Both the position numbers and the translations under genes were made by a program. DNA of 64,000 bases. Source: an uncultured Chloroflexia bacterium (lineage in GTDB: Bacteria; Chloroflexota; Limnocylindria; Limnocylindrales; CSP1-4). Shown one piece after another: positions 23,184 through 34,475 of the stretch. The DNA lies in contig CAVQJC010000001.1 in NCBI GenBank assembly GCA_963712745.1, positions 64,001-128,000 on the forward strand. Direction: 5' to 3'. How positions within the stretch are numbered: position 1 is the stretch's first letter; each line of letters opens with the position of its first letter. The notes under the pieces are model-generated. The model saw nothing but the letters and a program-made list of their open reading frames with translations, was not told the origin of the DNA and searched no databases.

Positions 23184-23954
23184 TTGGCACGGATCATCGC
23201 GATCGCGAACCAGAAGGGTGGCGTGGGCAAGACGACCACGTCGATCAACCTGGCCGGGGCACTCGCGGAGCTCGGACTGCACGTCCTCTGCGTGGACATG
23301 GACCCGCAGGCCAACCTCACGGTCGGGCTCGGTCTCAACGCCCGCGACATCGAGGTCTCGATCGCCAACGTGCTTCTCGATCCTTCGCTCTCGCTGGAGG
23401 ACATCGTCGAGACGACCGAGACCGAGAACGTCGACGTGGCGCCCTCGGACATCGACCTCTCGGCCACCGAGAACCAGCTCTTCAGCAGCATCGGCCGCGA
23501 ACACGCCCTGCGGGAGGTGCTCCACGGCTGGGCAGAGAAGCAGTTCGACTACGTCATCATCGACTGCCCGCCGACGCTGGGCCTGCTGACCATCAACTCG
23601 CTCGTGGCGGCTGACGGCGTGATCATCCCGGTGCAGACGCAGTACTACTCGCTGAAAGGCTTCCGTGCGCTGGCCAATCTGGTGACCCAGATCCAGGGCA
23701 AGGGCCTCAACTCCAGGCTGCGCATCATGGGCATCTTGGCCACCTTCTACGACGGCCGGACCAACCTGGCCAAGGACATGCTCGCGGAGCTGTCGGAACT
23801 GGGCGACTACCACGTCTTCGGATCCATCGTGAAGCAGACGGTCCGCCTGGGCGAGGCGCCACTGGCCGGCAAGCCCGTGACGTCATACGCCAGCCGCTCG
23901 GCCGCTGCGGAGATCTACCGCAACCTGGCGCAGGAGGTGATCGAACTTGGCTAG
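23184..23954 (+). CDS. parA: ParA/Soj family ATPase
   Basis: GGAGG then TTG; [11 protein letters not shown] deviant Walker [16 protein letters not shown]. Confidence 0.93.
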   Translation: MARIIAIANQKGGVGKTTTSINLAGALAELGLHVLCVDMDPQANLTVGLGLNARDIEVSIANVLLDPSLSLEDIVETTETENVDVAPSDIDLSATENQLFSSIGREHALREVLHGWAEKQFDYVIIDCPPTLGLLTINSLVAADGVIIPVQTQYYSLKGFRALANLVTQIQGKGLNSRLRIMGILATFYDGRTNLAKDMLAELSELGDYHVFGSIVKQTVRLGEAPLAGKPVTSYASRSAAAEIYRNLAQEVIELG

Positions 23955-25023
23955 ACCGGACTTCCGCTCCCAGGCTGCACAGCGACTCGCGAGCGAACGC
24001 ACCGAGTACACCCCTGCCCTCATCGACCTGCTCAAGCTGGACGAGCCGGGCACGCTCAAGGACGTGCGTCGCATGCCCGTCGACCGGGTCTACTCCAACC
24101 CCGAACAGCCTCGCCAGCACTTCGACGAGGATGCCCTGCAGGACCTGGCCGCCTCGATCCGCGAGCACGGTGTGCTGCAGCCGGTGCTGGTCCGGCCTCG
24201 CGCCGACGGCCACTACCAGATCGTGGCCGGCGAGCGCCGCTGGCGCGCATCGAAGATCGCCGGCCTGACCGAGATCCCCGTCATCGTCGAGCAGATCGAC
24301 GACGAGGCGGCACTCGAGATCGCCATCATCGAGAACCTCCAGCGCGAGGACATCTCCCCGCTCGAGGAGGCGGAGATGTTCGATCGCATGACCCGGCAGC
24401 ACGGCTACAGCCTGCGCAAGCTGGCCACCAAGCTGGGTAAGGACAAGGGCTATCTCGAGAACCGGCTGCGTCTGAACGGGGCACCGCCGGAGATCCGGGA
24501 GCTGGTCTCGGTGCGGCAGGACACGCTCTCGCATGCGTACGAGCTGATGAAGGTCGAAGATCCCCGCAAGCGCCGTCGCCTGGCCAAGCAGGTCGCCGCT
24601 GGCGAACTCAGCCTGGTCAAGCTGCGCGAGCGCATCGAGGGCAAGCCCAAGCGGGATCCCGAACCCGAGCCCCCGGCGGCCGAGGAGATCGAGGTCGAGG
24701 CGGTCCCCGAGCCGGAGCTGGTGGCAGTGCCGGTCCTGCCCGACGGGCCCGCGGTCGATGGGGTCACCATCGACGCGGCCAGCGAGCACCTCTCGTTGGC
24801 GGTGGCCGAACTCGTCAACGCCCTCGTCACCGACGAGGCCCTGGGCGAGGCGTCGTCGAGCGAGCGTCAGCAGTTCGCCAAGTACCTGACGCTGGCCAAG
24901 ATCAAGCTGGAGAACGCCATCGCCGTCGTGAGAGCCGGTGATTCGCACGGGCAAGGCAACCTGGCCAGCCAGCTGGCTGCGAGGGAGCGCGCGGCATACC
25001 CGGGCGAGGATCCGCGCGGCTAG
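23947..25023 (+). CDS. parB: ParB/Spo0J family partition protein
   Basis: NPEQPRQHF, HGVLQPVLVR, GERRWRA (CTP-binding), ENLQRED, HTH. Confidence 0.93.
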   Translation: MARPDFRSQAAQRLASERTEYTPALIDLLKLDEPGTLKDVRRMPVDRVYSNPEQPRQHFDEDALQDLAASIREHGVLQPVLVRPRADGHYQIVAGERRWRASKIAGLTEIPVIVEQIDDEAALEIAIIENLQREDISPLEEAEMFDRMTRQHGYSLRKLATKLGKDKGYLENRLRLNGAPPEIRELVSVRQDTLSHAYELMKVEDPRKRRRLAKQVAAGELSLVKLRERIEGKPKRDPEPEPPAAEEIEVEAVPEPELVAVPVLPDGPAVDGVTIDAASEHLSLAVAELVNALVTDEALGEASSSERQQFAKYLTLAKIKLENAIAVVRAGDSHGQGNLASQLAARERAAYPGEDPRG

Positions 25024-25061
25024 CGGGACCCGGCCCGCTCACGCGCCGACCGCGCGGCACC

Positions 25062-25529
25062 ATGCACATCCCGACCGAGCTGCTGTACCTGTTGGCCGCG
25101 GCTGCGGTCGGCCTGGTGCTGTACCGCTACTTCACCGGCCGAGGCGGCATCGAGATCCTGCGCCCTGACTACCGCGGGCTCCCCGACGAGGGACAGGTCG
25201 AGGTGCACCACCACATGGTGCGCTGGAAGACGGCCGAGGCAGAGTCCTTCGTGGCCGCGTGGCAGCTGGAGGATGGCCATTTCGTGGTCATGCGCGTCGT
25301 CTTCGATGGGCGGGACGAGGAAGAGCCCGACCTGGGCCACATCGACATCAGCATCGACAGGCGGACGGTGACGGAAGAAGCCGGCTGGACCGAACGGATC
25401 CGCGACCGAACCCTGCGCTCGGACGTGGAGGCGATCCTCAAGGCGCTGCAGCGCGAGGCCCGGGTGGGTCGGTCGGACGCCAAGCGTGTCGCCGTGGCCA
25501 AGCCCGTGGGGGACGACCGCGAGCCGTAG
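25062..25529 (+). CDS. Hypothetical protein with N-terminal TM anchor
   Basis: LLYLLAAAAVGLVLYRYF; coding-like codon use; directly after parB. Confidence 0.7.
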   Translation: MHIPTELLYLLAAAAVGLVLYRYFTGRGGIEILRPDYRGLPDEGQVEVHHHMVRWKTAEAESFVAAWQLEDGHFVVMRVVFDGRDEEEPDLGHIDISIDRRTVTEEAGWTERIRDRTLRSDVEAILKALQREARVGRSDAKRVAVAKPVGDDREP

Positions 25530-25578
25530 CGGCGGAGCGGCGGAGCGGCAGGCGGCCTGGACGCGCGACTCCCTCCGG

Positions 25579-25987
25579 TCATCTGCGACGCCGCGACTGC
25601 GGCTGCAGGTCCAGTCGGCGAGGGCTTTCGCAAGCTGCGGCTCGAAGCGCTGCAGGCGCCCGCTGTCCTCGTGCGCCTCGACGCCCTCGACGAAGGCGCG
25701 CGACGCGCGTAGCTGAGGAGCGTGTAGCCATCACTGAGACCGAGCTGTCCGCGGAGCGCCGCCCGCCCATCTGCAGACAGTCGCCGGTAGTGCCTGACGA
25801 AGGCCAACATCGACTCGTCGTATGGCAGTGGCCCGATGCACAGAAGCCCCGACTGCCCGCCCCACGCGTCGTAACCGCCTGGAGGCAGCGGGGACGGTGC
25901 CTCGCCACGTCGCGCACGAAGACGTTCGTCAGCCTCGACGGCAGCGGCCATCTCCTGGCCGATCACGAACTCGCACTCGCCGCTCAT
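25579..25987 (-). pseudogene. Hypothetical gene, apparently frameshifted or partly deleted near 25700
   Basis: TATGGT-N6-ATG start; protein-like to TLLSYARR, then a different frame reads RAFVEGVEAHEDSGRLQRFEPQLA; 3' end approximate. Confidence 0.35.
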
Positions 25988-26041
25988 GGCACGACCATAG
26001 CGCAGCGCCCCCGCCGGTCGATATCGGCGCGGTGACGATCC

Positions 26042-26407
26042 CTAGATGTAGACGACCGTCTCGAAGCCGTCGACGAGGAAGTCGATCTCCTGTGCGCGCG
26101 CCTTCTTCGACTGGGCTCGCAGGCCGAAGACGAGGAAGTGGAGCGAGATGGCCGGCACCATCAACTGCCCGTCCGCCGTGCGCCCGATGGTGGCAGGGGC
26201 GCCGCCTCCGGCTGTGAAGACGCGCTCGATGCCGCTGTCGTCGAGCCCCGTGGCCTGGCGGAAGTCGGCGAGCACGGGGAGCACGCCACGCCGGATGGAC
26301 ATGTCGCGCATGCATTCGATCATCCAGGCGTCGATCTGCTCATCGGGCTGTTCCTTCAGCCGTTTGCGGTAGACCTTTGGATCCTCTGACAGGCCCTCTG
26401 ACGACAA
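26042..26407 (-). CDS. Hypothetical protein
   Basis: AGGAGG RBS, TTG start, [21 protein letters not shown]...[13 protein letters not shown]. Confidence 0.7.
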   Translation of the reverse strand: MSSEGLSEDPKVYRKRLKEQPDEQIDAWMIECMRDMSIRRGVLPVLADFRQATGLDDSGIERVFTAGGGAPATIGRTADGQLMVPAISLHFLVFGLRAQSKKARAQEIDFLVDGFETVVYI

Positions 26408-26499
26408 CTGGACTCCTCCTCGTTGGATGGCTCGCGCAGGAATGGTAGCGCGGCCATGGCCGTCATGGCTTCGTGACCAGCCCCGACTACCATGACGGC

Positions 26500-27165
26500 A
26501 TGTTCCTCTTCCGACGTCCATCCGCCATGCCCGCGCCCCAGGATGCCCTGGCCGGCCGAGCCGAGCCCATCGCCATCACCGAGCCGCACCACGTCAACGG
26601 CGCCGCGCTGACCCCGCCGTGGCCCGACGGTGCGCGCACCGCCATCTTCGGCCTCGGCTGCTTCTGGGGAGCCGAGAAGGCCTTCTGGGAGACCGAGGGC
26701 GTCATCTCGACCGCGGTCGGGTATGCCGGCGGCTACACGCCCAATCCCACCTACGAAGAGACATGCACCGGTCAGACCGGTCACGCGGAGGTCGTGCTCG
26801 TCGTCTTCGACCCTGAGCGCGTCTCCTACGAGCAGCTGCTGAAGCTGTTCTGGGAGCACCACGACCCCACGCAGGGCATGCGCCAAGGCAACGACCAGGG
26901 CACCCAGTACCGCTCGATCATCATGGTCGCGAACGACGAGGAGCGGGCCACGGCCGAGGCCTCACGGGATGCCTACCAGGCGCAGCTGAGGGCGGCCGGC
27001 TTCGGGCAGATCACGACCGAGATCGACGATGCCGGTGACTTCTACTACGCCGAGCCCTACCACCAGCAGTACCTGTCGAAGAACCCCAACGGCTACTGCC
27101 CCGACCACGGCACCGGCGTGGCCTGCCCCGTCGGCGTGGGTGTGAACGCCGTGGCGGCAGGCTAG
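26500..27165 (+). CDS. msrA: Peptide methionine sulfoxide reductase A
   Basis: [40 protein letters not shown]. Confidence 0.97.
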   Translation: MFLFRRPSAMPAPQDALAGRAEPIAITEPHHVNGAALTPPWPDGARTAIFGLGCFWGAEKAFWETEGVISTAVGYAGGYTPNPTYEETCTGQTGHAEVVLVVFDPERVSYEQLLKLFWEHHDPTQGMRQGNDQGTQYRSIIMVANDEERATAEASRDAYQAQLRAAGFGQITTEIDDAGDFYYAEPYHQQYLSKNPNGYCPDHGTGVACPVGVGVNAVAAG

Positions 27166-27695
27166 CTGCGGATGTAGACCGCGACCGGGTTCGCACCGTG
27201 TCACTGTGGCTTGTCCGGGGGCTCCCCCATCTCTGAGAGGTCGTCCGTGGCTCGGCTTGTCCGGGCGATCTCGAGATGGTTGAGCTCCCGTGTCGCTCGG
27301 GCTTGTCCGGGGGATCCGCCCATCTCTTCGATGATGGGTCGAGTCCGCTCGATGAAGAAGTCGGCGATGGCCTCCGGGTTGTCCCAGACGTTCATCACGG
27401 TCAAAAAGCTCACGCCATGAGGGTGATCGTTTCGACGCACATGTCGGTCATCGTTCAGCACTGTCAACTGGATCGGGCAACGCAGAACGCGCCACCCCAG
27501 CGCGAAGACGACGACACCGGCGGTGATGGCCGTGACTGGACTGAGCATGGGCTGGGTCCTCCCTCTGACGGTGGGGGGACGATGACCGCCGAGCGGACCA
27601 ACTCGTACCGGTCCGCTACACGCCAAGAGAGTCGGGCGAGCCGGAACCCATCCATGCTCCGTCGATCCGGGCGACGCACGACCCCGGCAGGACGG

Positions 27696-27974
27696 TCAGG
27701 GACGCGGTCGGTCCTTCCCGGCCAGTGGCTCCGGAACCTCGATCACCAGGTCGCTGTCCTGGCCCGCGTGGCCGCGCTCGGGCATGTGTTCGGCGGCAAG
27801 GATCTCGGCGGGCGGCTCGTTGCGCAGCGCCTGTTCGAATCCCAACATCGCCGCCCCCACGGCCGTCCCGAAGCTGCCTTTCGTGGAGAGCGGGCCGGCA
27901 GCGTCTTCCTCTGCCGCGGCATCCTCGACCGCGTCGTCGGTCGAGGCAGGCGTCGATCGTTCGGATCCATCCAT
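27696..27974 (-). CDS. Small acidic hypothetical protein
   Basis: GTAVGAAMLGFEQALRNEPPAEIL; TATCAT 10 nt upstream. Confidence 0.55.
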   Translation of the reverse strand: MDGSERSTPASTDDAVEDAAAEEDAAGPLSTKGSFGTAVGAAMLGFEQALRNEPPAEILAAEHMPERGHAGQDSDLVIEVPEPLAGKDRPRP

Positions 27975-28061
27975 GGCCTGGTCGATGATAGTCGGGGCGC
28001 GCCCTTGTGGGCCCTGCGTCGGTGGCCTACAGTCCTGCGCGAGCAAGAGGAGGACGGGCCG

Positions 28062-28217
28062 ATGACAAAGACGTGGAAGCTGCGCAAGGGACAGGTGACG
28101 GTCGTCGAAGACGCGCGCACGGCCTCGCTGGTGATCAGCGCCAGGGACCTGAAGGACCGGCAAGAGAAGGTAGCCGCCGTCGAGGAGGTCCTTCACCGGC
28201 TCCAAGCGTCGGCATAG
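28062..28217 (+). CDS. Small hypothetical protein (51 aa)
   Basis: GAGGAGG RBS; MTKTWKLRKGQVTVVEDARTASLVISARD... Confidence 0.6.
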   Translation: MTKTWKLRKGQVTVVEDARTASLVISARDLKDRQEKVAAVEEVLHRLQASA

Positions 28218-28260
28218 CGACCGCCGAGCCTCCAGTCGGGCTGCCACCACCGGAGACCAG

Positions 28261-28374
28261 ATGCAGCGGGATCTCGTCGAACGGGCGATGGCGGGTGATC
28301 GAGACGCGTTCACAGAGCTACAACGCGGCACGATCGACAAGCTCTACGCCATCGCGCGGCTCATCGCGCCGTAG
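28261..28374 (+). pseudogene. N-terminal remnant of an ECF sigma factor
   Basis: MQRDLVERAMAGDRDAFTELQRGTIDKLYAIARLIAP-stop resembles ECF sigma N-terminus; GGAG RBS; rest absent. Confidence 0.6.
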
Positions 28375-28474
28375 CGGGCGAAGACGGAACCGAGCCAGGG
28401 TCTCCGACGTCCATTCGAGGTAGGGTGGCCGTTTCGCGCTGCCCGGCACGGATTCGCCGTATGAGGTCTAGGAC

Positions 28475-29839
28475 ATGCCCGCTACGATCCGGCCACTGGC
28501 GATCGCCGCGTTGGCGCTGCTGCTCGCCTCCCCCACCCTCGGTAGCGAGGACCATCCCGACGCGACAAAGCCCATCGCGCTCGCGGGCTCGACCCTGACC
28601 TGGTGCGGCGACCTAGAGCAGATCAAAGCCGATGCGGGCGAGTACCGGGACTCGCCGGTCCATGTCGGCAATCCGCCCAGCGACAAGATCGCCCGCTGGG
28701 CCAGGAAGAAGCCTGGGTTCGCCGACCTCTGGATCGACCGCGACAACCTCGGCTGGATCACGGTCGCATTCGCGCAAGATGCCGACCAGCGGCGCGCCGA
28801 GCTGGCGAGGAAGTTCCCCGGCATCGGCGCCGTGGTGGTCGAGGTCCAGTACTCGGCCAGGCAACTGCGCAAGCTCCAGCGGCGGGTAGGGAATTGCGTC
28901 TCGCCGGTCCTCGAATCCTGGTGGACCGGCATCGACCCCACGACCAACCACGTGAGTCTCGGCGTGGACCTGCTCACCCCCGAGGTCGTGGAGCTGCTGG
29001 AGAAGCAGTTCGCCGGCCAGCCACTGTGCGTCGACGGCCGGGACCCCTCCGACCTCATCCCCGACGGACCTCAGCCCACGAGCGGCGACGGCTGGACGCT
29101 AGTCGACTTCCGCCAGGGCCCGCCCGACACCGTGTACCGCACCGGGGTCGCTACCGACGCCGAACAGCTGGGCGAGCTGTGGCAGGAAGCCGGGATGGTG
29201 GGCGAGGCACCCGCCGTCGATTTCGGCGGCACCGTGGTCGTCTGGTTCTCCGAGCCGCACGGTGGGAACTGTCACGATCTGCGCCTCGACGACGTCCTGG
29301 TCGACCTCGAGGAGTCACTCGTCCACCCACTCATCGTGATGCCCGATGACCCCATGATGTGTAACGACGACATCGCGGGTGCCTACCAGTTCCTCGTCGC
29401 TCTCGAGCGGGAGCGACTGCCGGCGGGGCCCTTCCGCATCCAACTTCGACCCGACCGCTCATACGGGGATGCCACCGTGGTCGAGGTCGACCTGACCGCT
29501 CCCGGTTCGACCGCGCCGGACAGCGCCATCCACCCGGCGGAACAGGAGCCCGAGCCACAACGCTCCGGCGCCATCATGGAGCCGGGCTACAGGCAGTGGT
29601 ACGAGTTCGACGTGAGATGCGGGATCGGCTACCTGGGCAACATCAACGACGTCCACTGGGTGACCGAGCAGACGGAGCTTCCCAGCGAGTGGGCCGAGGC
29701 CGTCGACGAGGACGGCGAGCTCGTGGTGAAGGTGCTGCTGGTCGAGGGGCCGGACCCACACGCCATCGCCAAGACCGGCGGTCGTCCGGTGCGCTACGAG
29801 CCGCAGCGGGAGCCACCGCCGTCGGCCTGCGCCGCCTGA
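28475..29839 (+). CDS. Secreted hypothetical protein
   Basis: Signal peptide IRPLAIAALALLLASPTLG; 454 aa with paired Cys. Confidence 0.75.
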   Translation: MPATIRPLAIAALALLLASPTLGSEDHPDATKPIALAGSTLTWCGDLEQIKADAGEYRDSPVHVGNPPSDKIARWARKKPGFADLWIDRDNLGWITVAFAQDADQRRAELARKFPGIGAVVVEVQYSARQLRKLQRRVGNCVSPVLESWWTGIDPTTNHVSLGVDLLTPEVVELLEKQFAGQPLCVDGRDPSDLIPDGPQPTSGDGWTLVDFRQGPPDTVYRTGVATDAEQLGELWQEAGMVGEAPAVDFGGTVVVWFSEPHGGNCHDLRLDDVLVDLEESLVHPLIVMPDDPMMCNDDIAGAYQFLVALERERLPAGPFRIQLRPDRSYGDATVVEVDLTAPGSTAPDSAIHPAEQEPEPQRSGAIMEPGYRQWYEFDVRCGIGYLGNINDVHWVTEQTELPSEWAEAVDEDGELVVKVLLVEGPDPHAIAKTGGRPVRYEPQREPPPSACAA

Positions 29840-29995
29840 CCGCGGGCGGTACCGATGGACGGTCGGCGGTCCGAGTCGGCTGGCGGCAGGCGTCCTATCG
29901 CGGCATTGACAGAGGGTCACAAGCAAGGGATAACCGGAACGTCGAGTCGTGCTCGACACCGTCCAACCTGCCACACCGTGCAAGAGGGGTTCCAG

Positions 29996-30112
29996 ATGGA
30001 CCTGGCTTCGCTCGCCGCGCTAGTCGTGGCCGTGCTGATCGTGGTCAGCGGCTATTTCCTGTTCAATGACGTACCGCGCCCGAGGGGCAACCACTCACCC
30101 CGGCGACGCTGA
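29996..30112 (+). CDS. Small single-pass membrane peptide (38 aa)
   Basis: AGAGGGG RBS; MDLASLAALVVAVLIVVSGYFLFNDVPRPRGNHSPRRR. Confidence 0.5.
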   Translation: MDLASLAALVVAVLIVVSGYFLFNDVPRPRGNHSPRRR

Positions 30113-30193
30113 GCTCCCTACGGCGGCGGAGAGCTCTCCACGGCGACGCTGAGGGCGCCCTCCGCGGGGCTGGGCAGGCGCTAGCCTGAAGGC

Positions 30194-31043
30194 ATGACCG
30201 AACGCCCGGACCCAACCGCTCGTCTCGGCGGACGACCTGCTGGCGGCTATCGAGGACCCCGGCCTGCGCATCGCCGACGTGCGCTGGTTCCTTGGCGAGC
30301 CCGGCCGCGGGCAGGCCGAGTACCTGCGGGGACATATCCCCGGCGCAGTCTACGTGGACCTCGACAGGGACCTCGCGGCACCTCCGGGTGGCGGTCGTCA
30401 TCCCCTGCCCGACCCGGGTGCGTTCGCCGACCGCATGGGCCAGCTCGGCTTCGGAGACGAGCACACGATCGTCATCTACGACGCTGCCAACGGCCAGTAC
30501 GGGGCGCGGATGTGGCTGATGCTGGACCGGCTCGGCCATCCGAACACGCACATGCTCGATGGGGGCATCAGCGCCTGGAAGGCCGCCGGTGGCCCCTGGA
30601 CCGCCGAGAGGTCCACGCCCATGCGCGCGTCGCTGACCCTGGCCTCAGAGTGGCCCGGCACCATCGACCGCCAGCGGATCGTCGCGCTCAAAGGCCAGAT
30701 CGACCTCGTGGATGTGCGCACGGCCGAACGCTACTCAGGCGAGAACGAACCCATCGAACGAGTCGGCGGGCACATCCCGGGAGCTCGCAACCGCCCCTGC
30801 GCCTCGATGATGACCGAGACCGGGAGACTGAAGCCGGCCGATGAGCTACTGCCGCTCATCCGGGGCCAAGGTGAACGAACCAGGCTGCCGTTGGTCATAT
30901 CCTGCGGCAGCGGCGTGACCGCGTGCTTCGGGGCCCTGGCCGCGCGCGTGGCCGGCCTGCCCGACCCCCTCATCTACCCTGGCTCGTTCAGCGACTGGGT
31001 CGGCGCCGGCTTGCCGGTCGCAGAGGGTACCGCGCCGGACTGA
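30194..31043 (+). CDS. Tandem-rhodanese sulfurtransferase (SseA-like), frameshift at ~30214
   Basis: PLVSADDLLAAI..IADVRW, GHIPGA twice, SCGSGVTAC, YPGSFSDW. Confidence 0.88.
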
Positions 31044-31113
31044 CGTGTCGAGAGGTAGCCGGTGACAGCCGATGGTCGGCGTGCGGTCGAACCAGGTTGG
31101 TGAGCCCCGTGGT

Positions 31114-32424
31114 CTACGGGCTCGGAACCGCAGAGGCCACGACGGGCGTCTGGATGGCCGTGCCCATGGTGCGCGCAGATCGCGGTCCGCGCTCTGAGCG
31201 CGACAGGTCCAGTGCTGCGGCCACAGCGCCGATGACCGTCGCCTCACCGCCGAGGGTGGAGACGACGACGCTTGGTGGTGCGGCAGATGGCCTCCAACGA
31301 GCGCCTCGATGCGTGGAGCCCACGTCTCGAGCGCTGACCGACCGACCCGTCGAGGACCACGACTTGCGGGTCGGTGATCGAGGACATGGCGATGACTGCC
31401 ATGGCCACATGCTCGATCATGTCGTCAACCAGGCTTGTCGCGAGCCCATCACCCGCGGCTGCTGCCTCGAAGACATCTCGTGAAGTAGGCGGGTGATCCA
31501 GATCGGCGGAGTCGCGAGCGGTGCTGCCCTGCGGCGAGCGCTTGGCGAGCGACCTCCGCAAGGCCGACCCCGGAGGCCAGCATCTCGAAGGACCCCAGTC
31601 CATCGGGCCGAGTTGTGCCGAGTTGGGAACGATCGAGGACCATATAGCCGACTTCGCCCGCCCCGCTGTTGCGTCCTTTCAGGAGCTGGCCATCGGCCAC
31701 GATCGATGCGCCGATGCCGGTGCCAAGTGAGAGGACCACGAAGTCTGAGAGTCCACGCGCCTCGCCTCTCCACGCGTGGCCCAGCGCCGCGAGATTGACG
31801 TCGTTGTCGATCACGAATGGGAGGTCGACTCGTTCCCTGAGCGCCGCCACGAGGCGGAATCCATCCCACTGGACGTTGGGCCCTCCGATGGCGATACCGC
31901 TCCGGGGGTCGACGATGGCGGGCACGCCGACGGCAACCGAGAGAACAGGCGCGCCGCGGCTTCGATAGTGGCGGCGCAGCCGCCCGATCGACTCGACGAG
32001 TGTGTCGAAGGGCGTCCCGTCCGCATCGCTGGGTCGCACCTCCTCGACGAGGAGGCCACCAGCGAGGTCCGCGAGCATCGCGTGGCACTTGGTGCCACCG
32101 AGGTCGATGCCGATGACGCATCCGGACGTGGCGTTGAAGGAGATCGCCCTGCGTGGACGTCCACCCGTGCTGACTCCCGGCTCCTCCCGCACAAGGTCGC
32201 GGTCCACGAGCCGGCGGATGACGCGGCTGACAGTCGCTGCTGACAGGCCCAGGTTCTCGAGCGATCTCGGGCCTGGTGGTCGTTCCCTGGGCGTGGACGT
32301 AGTCGAGGACCAGCTGCTCATTGAGCTGGAGCATGAGCCCGTGGCGGATGGCACCGGACTCCCCTGTGGTCGGGCCTCTGACCCCGGGGTCGCGCGGGCC
32401 GGTACCGTCGTACCTTTCTTGCAT
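31114..32424 (-). pseudogene. ROK family transcriptional regulator with about 3 frameshifts
   Basis: HTH TRPEIAR/LGLSAATVSRVI, GIDLGGT, DNDVNLAALG, GTGIGA, GAGEVG, DPQVVVLDG spread over frames. Confidence 0.8.
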
Positions 32425-32506
32425 TCAGATAGAAACTATGCTATCCCTATGCCGGTGTCAAGCGGCAGACGGCCACTGAGCTGGGCAGAAGGAGGTGAGG
32501 ACAGCG

Positions 32507-33696
32507 ATGTTCGTCGAACGCCTGAAGAGGCTCAACCCGTCGCTGGTGACGGACGCCGTAGAGCTTCACCAGGCGGGTGACCTGCGCGCCAACACGTACC
32601 TCATCGACACCGCCACGATGACGGCCAACACCCGCCTGATCCGGGCTGAGGCCGACCGCCTGGGCCTTCGCCTGTACGCGATGGCCAAGCAGTTCGGGCG
32701 CAACCGCGATGGATGTGACGCGGTGGTCGAGGGCGGCATCGAATCATGCGTCGCCGTCGACATCCAGTGCATGGAAGCCGTGCAGAGAAGCAGCATGCGG
32801 ATCGGCCATGTAGGACACCTCGTTCAGCCCCACCGCGGGGTCGAGGACGCGGTCGTCGCGGCTCAGCCCGAGGTCGTCACCGTCTTCCACGAGGACATCG
32901 CGGAGCGCCTCGGTGCTGCCGCCAGGCGCGCGCAGACCGAACAAGCCGTACTCCTTCGAGTGGTCGCGCCTGGTGACCAGTTCTACTTCGGCCACGGCGG
33001 AGGGCTGCCGCTCGAGCACATCGAGGACCACGCGCGTCGTATCGACAGCATCGACGGCCTGCGCGTGGCCGGCGTGGTCAGCTTTCCGGCCCTGCTCGCC
33101 GATGCGGCGAACCGCAGGCTCGCGACTACGAACGAACCTGCGCACGGTGGTCGAGGCTGCGGAGCGCCTGGGCAAGGCTGGGTTCGAGATCGAACAGATC
33201 AATGCACCAGGCACGACCTCGTCGGGGGCACTGCGTCTGCTGTCCGAGGCTGGCGCCACGCACGCCGAGCCGGGCAACGGCCTCCACGGAACCACTCCCC
33301 TGATGGTCTTCGACGACGAGTCGCCGGAGGTCCCGGCGATCGTCTACATCTCAGAGGTGTCGCACTTCGACGGTGACGACGCCTACGTCTTCGGCGCCGG
33401 CCTGTACGTCGACAAGGTCCTTGGCGAGTACGGGCTGCGCGCCTTCTGCGGACGCGACGAGGCCATCCTCGATCAGCGTATATCCAGCCGAGATGGCCCC
33501 CGATGGCGCCATCCACTACTACGCCGTGCTCCACCTTCCCGCGCGCCACGACGTGCGGGTCGGCGACACGGCGGTCTTCTGCTTCCGGCCTCTGGTCTTC
33601 GTGACACGAGCTCGGACGCGAGCCCTCTTCAGGAACCACGACGGGACCGCGCGCCTTGGTGACGACGTACGACGCCAACGATGGTCGGGCCGTTGA
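32507..33696 (+). pseudogene. YhfX-like PLP-dependent alanine-racemase-fold protein with frameshifts (~33130, ~33480)
   Basis: MFVERLKRLNPSL..LHQAG, YAMAKQFGRN, GHVGHLVQ, INAPGTTS, THAEPGNGLHGTTP, YISEVSH, FRPLVFVTR. Confidence 0.8.
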
Positions 33697-33737
33697 TGGC
33701 GTGGCATAGCGGATCGAACAGGAGGAAGGATCCAGAG

Positions 33738-34421
33738 ATGAACAAGCGAGCACTATCACTGGCGATCAGCAGCGTACTGGCTGCCTCGCTGGCCGTGCCG
33801 GCGGCGGCCGCGGACGTCGACCTCGACGCGCCGACGGTGGGTCCCAACGGCGAGGCCAGCACGGCCGTCGCCGATATCCCGCCTCTTAGCGACGAGGAGG
33901 TCGCGCAGATCCAGGACGCGGGCTACAAGGCCGCCCTGATGTGGGCCGGCGCGGGCACCTGGTACAACGCCCTCACCAAGGGCGCCAAGGAGCGCTTCGA
34001 GGAGCTCGGCATCGAGGTCGTAGCCGAGGCCGAGGCCGACTTCGACATGGCCCGGCAGCAGACCGACCTCGAGACCACCATGGCGCTGCAGCCGGACATC
34101 ATCCTGAGCCTGCCGGTCGACCCGGTCGCAGGCACTGCAGCTTTCCGGCCGGCTGCCGACGCAGGTGCCGTGATCGTCTTCGTCGACAACGGCGTGGATG
34201 ACTTCGTGCCGGGAGAGGACTACGCCTCCATCGTCACGGGCGACCACTTCGAGATGGGCAAGACGGCCGCGCAGTTGATGTCCGACGCCATCGGCGGCGC
34301 AGGCAAGATCGGCTTCATCTTCCACGACGCGGTCTACTACGTGACCAACAACCGCGACGCCTACGCCAAGGCGGCGTTCGAGCAGCTCTACCCGGACATC
34401 GAGATCGTGGCCGAGCAGGGC
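33738..34421 (+). pseudogene. Sugar ABC transporter substrate-binding protein, C-terminally truncated
   Basis: Signal peptide; QPDIILSLPVDP, IVFVDN, YYVTNNRD; homology-like sequence stops at AEQG next to the gluQ 3' end; no permease or ATPase. Confidence 0.75.
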
Positions 34422-34475
34422 AGGGCGAGATGTTCCTGCGTTCGCGAGCGGGGTGGTGGCCGACGAGTCGAACGC

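Noticed and set aside
22958-23491. N-terminal extension of the 708-aa pccB ORF
   Set aside because: Overlaps parA antisense and the promoter region; conserved protein begins at GTG 22957
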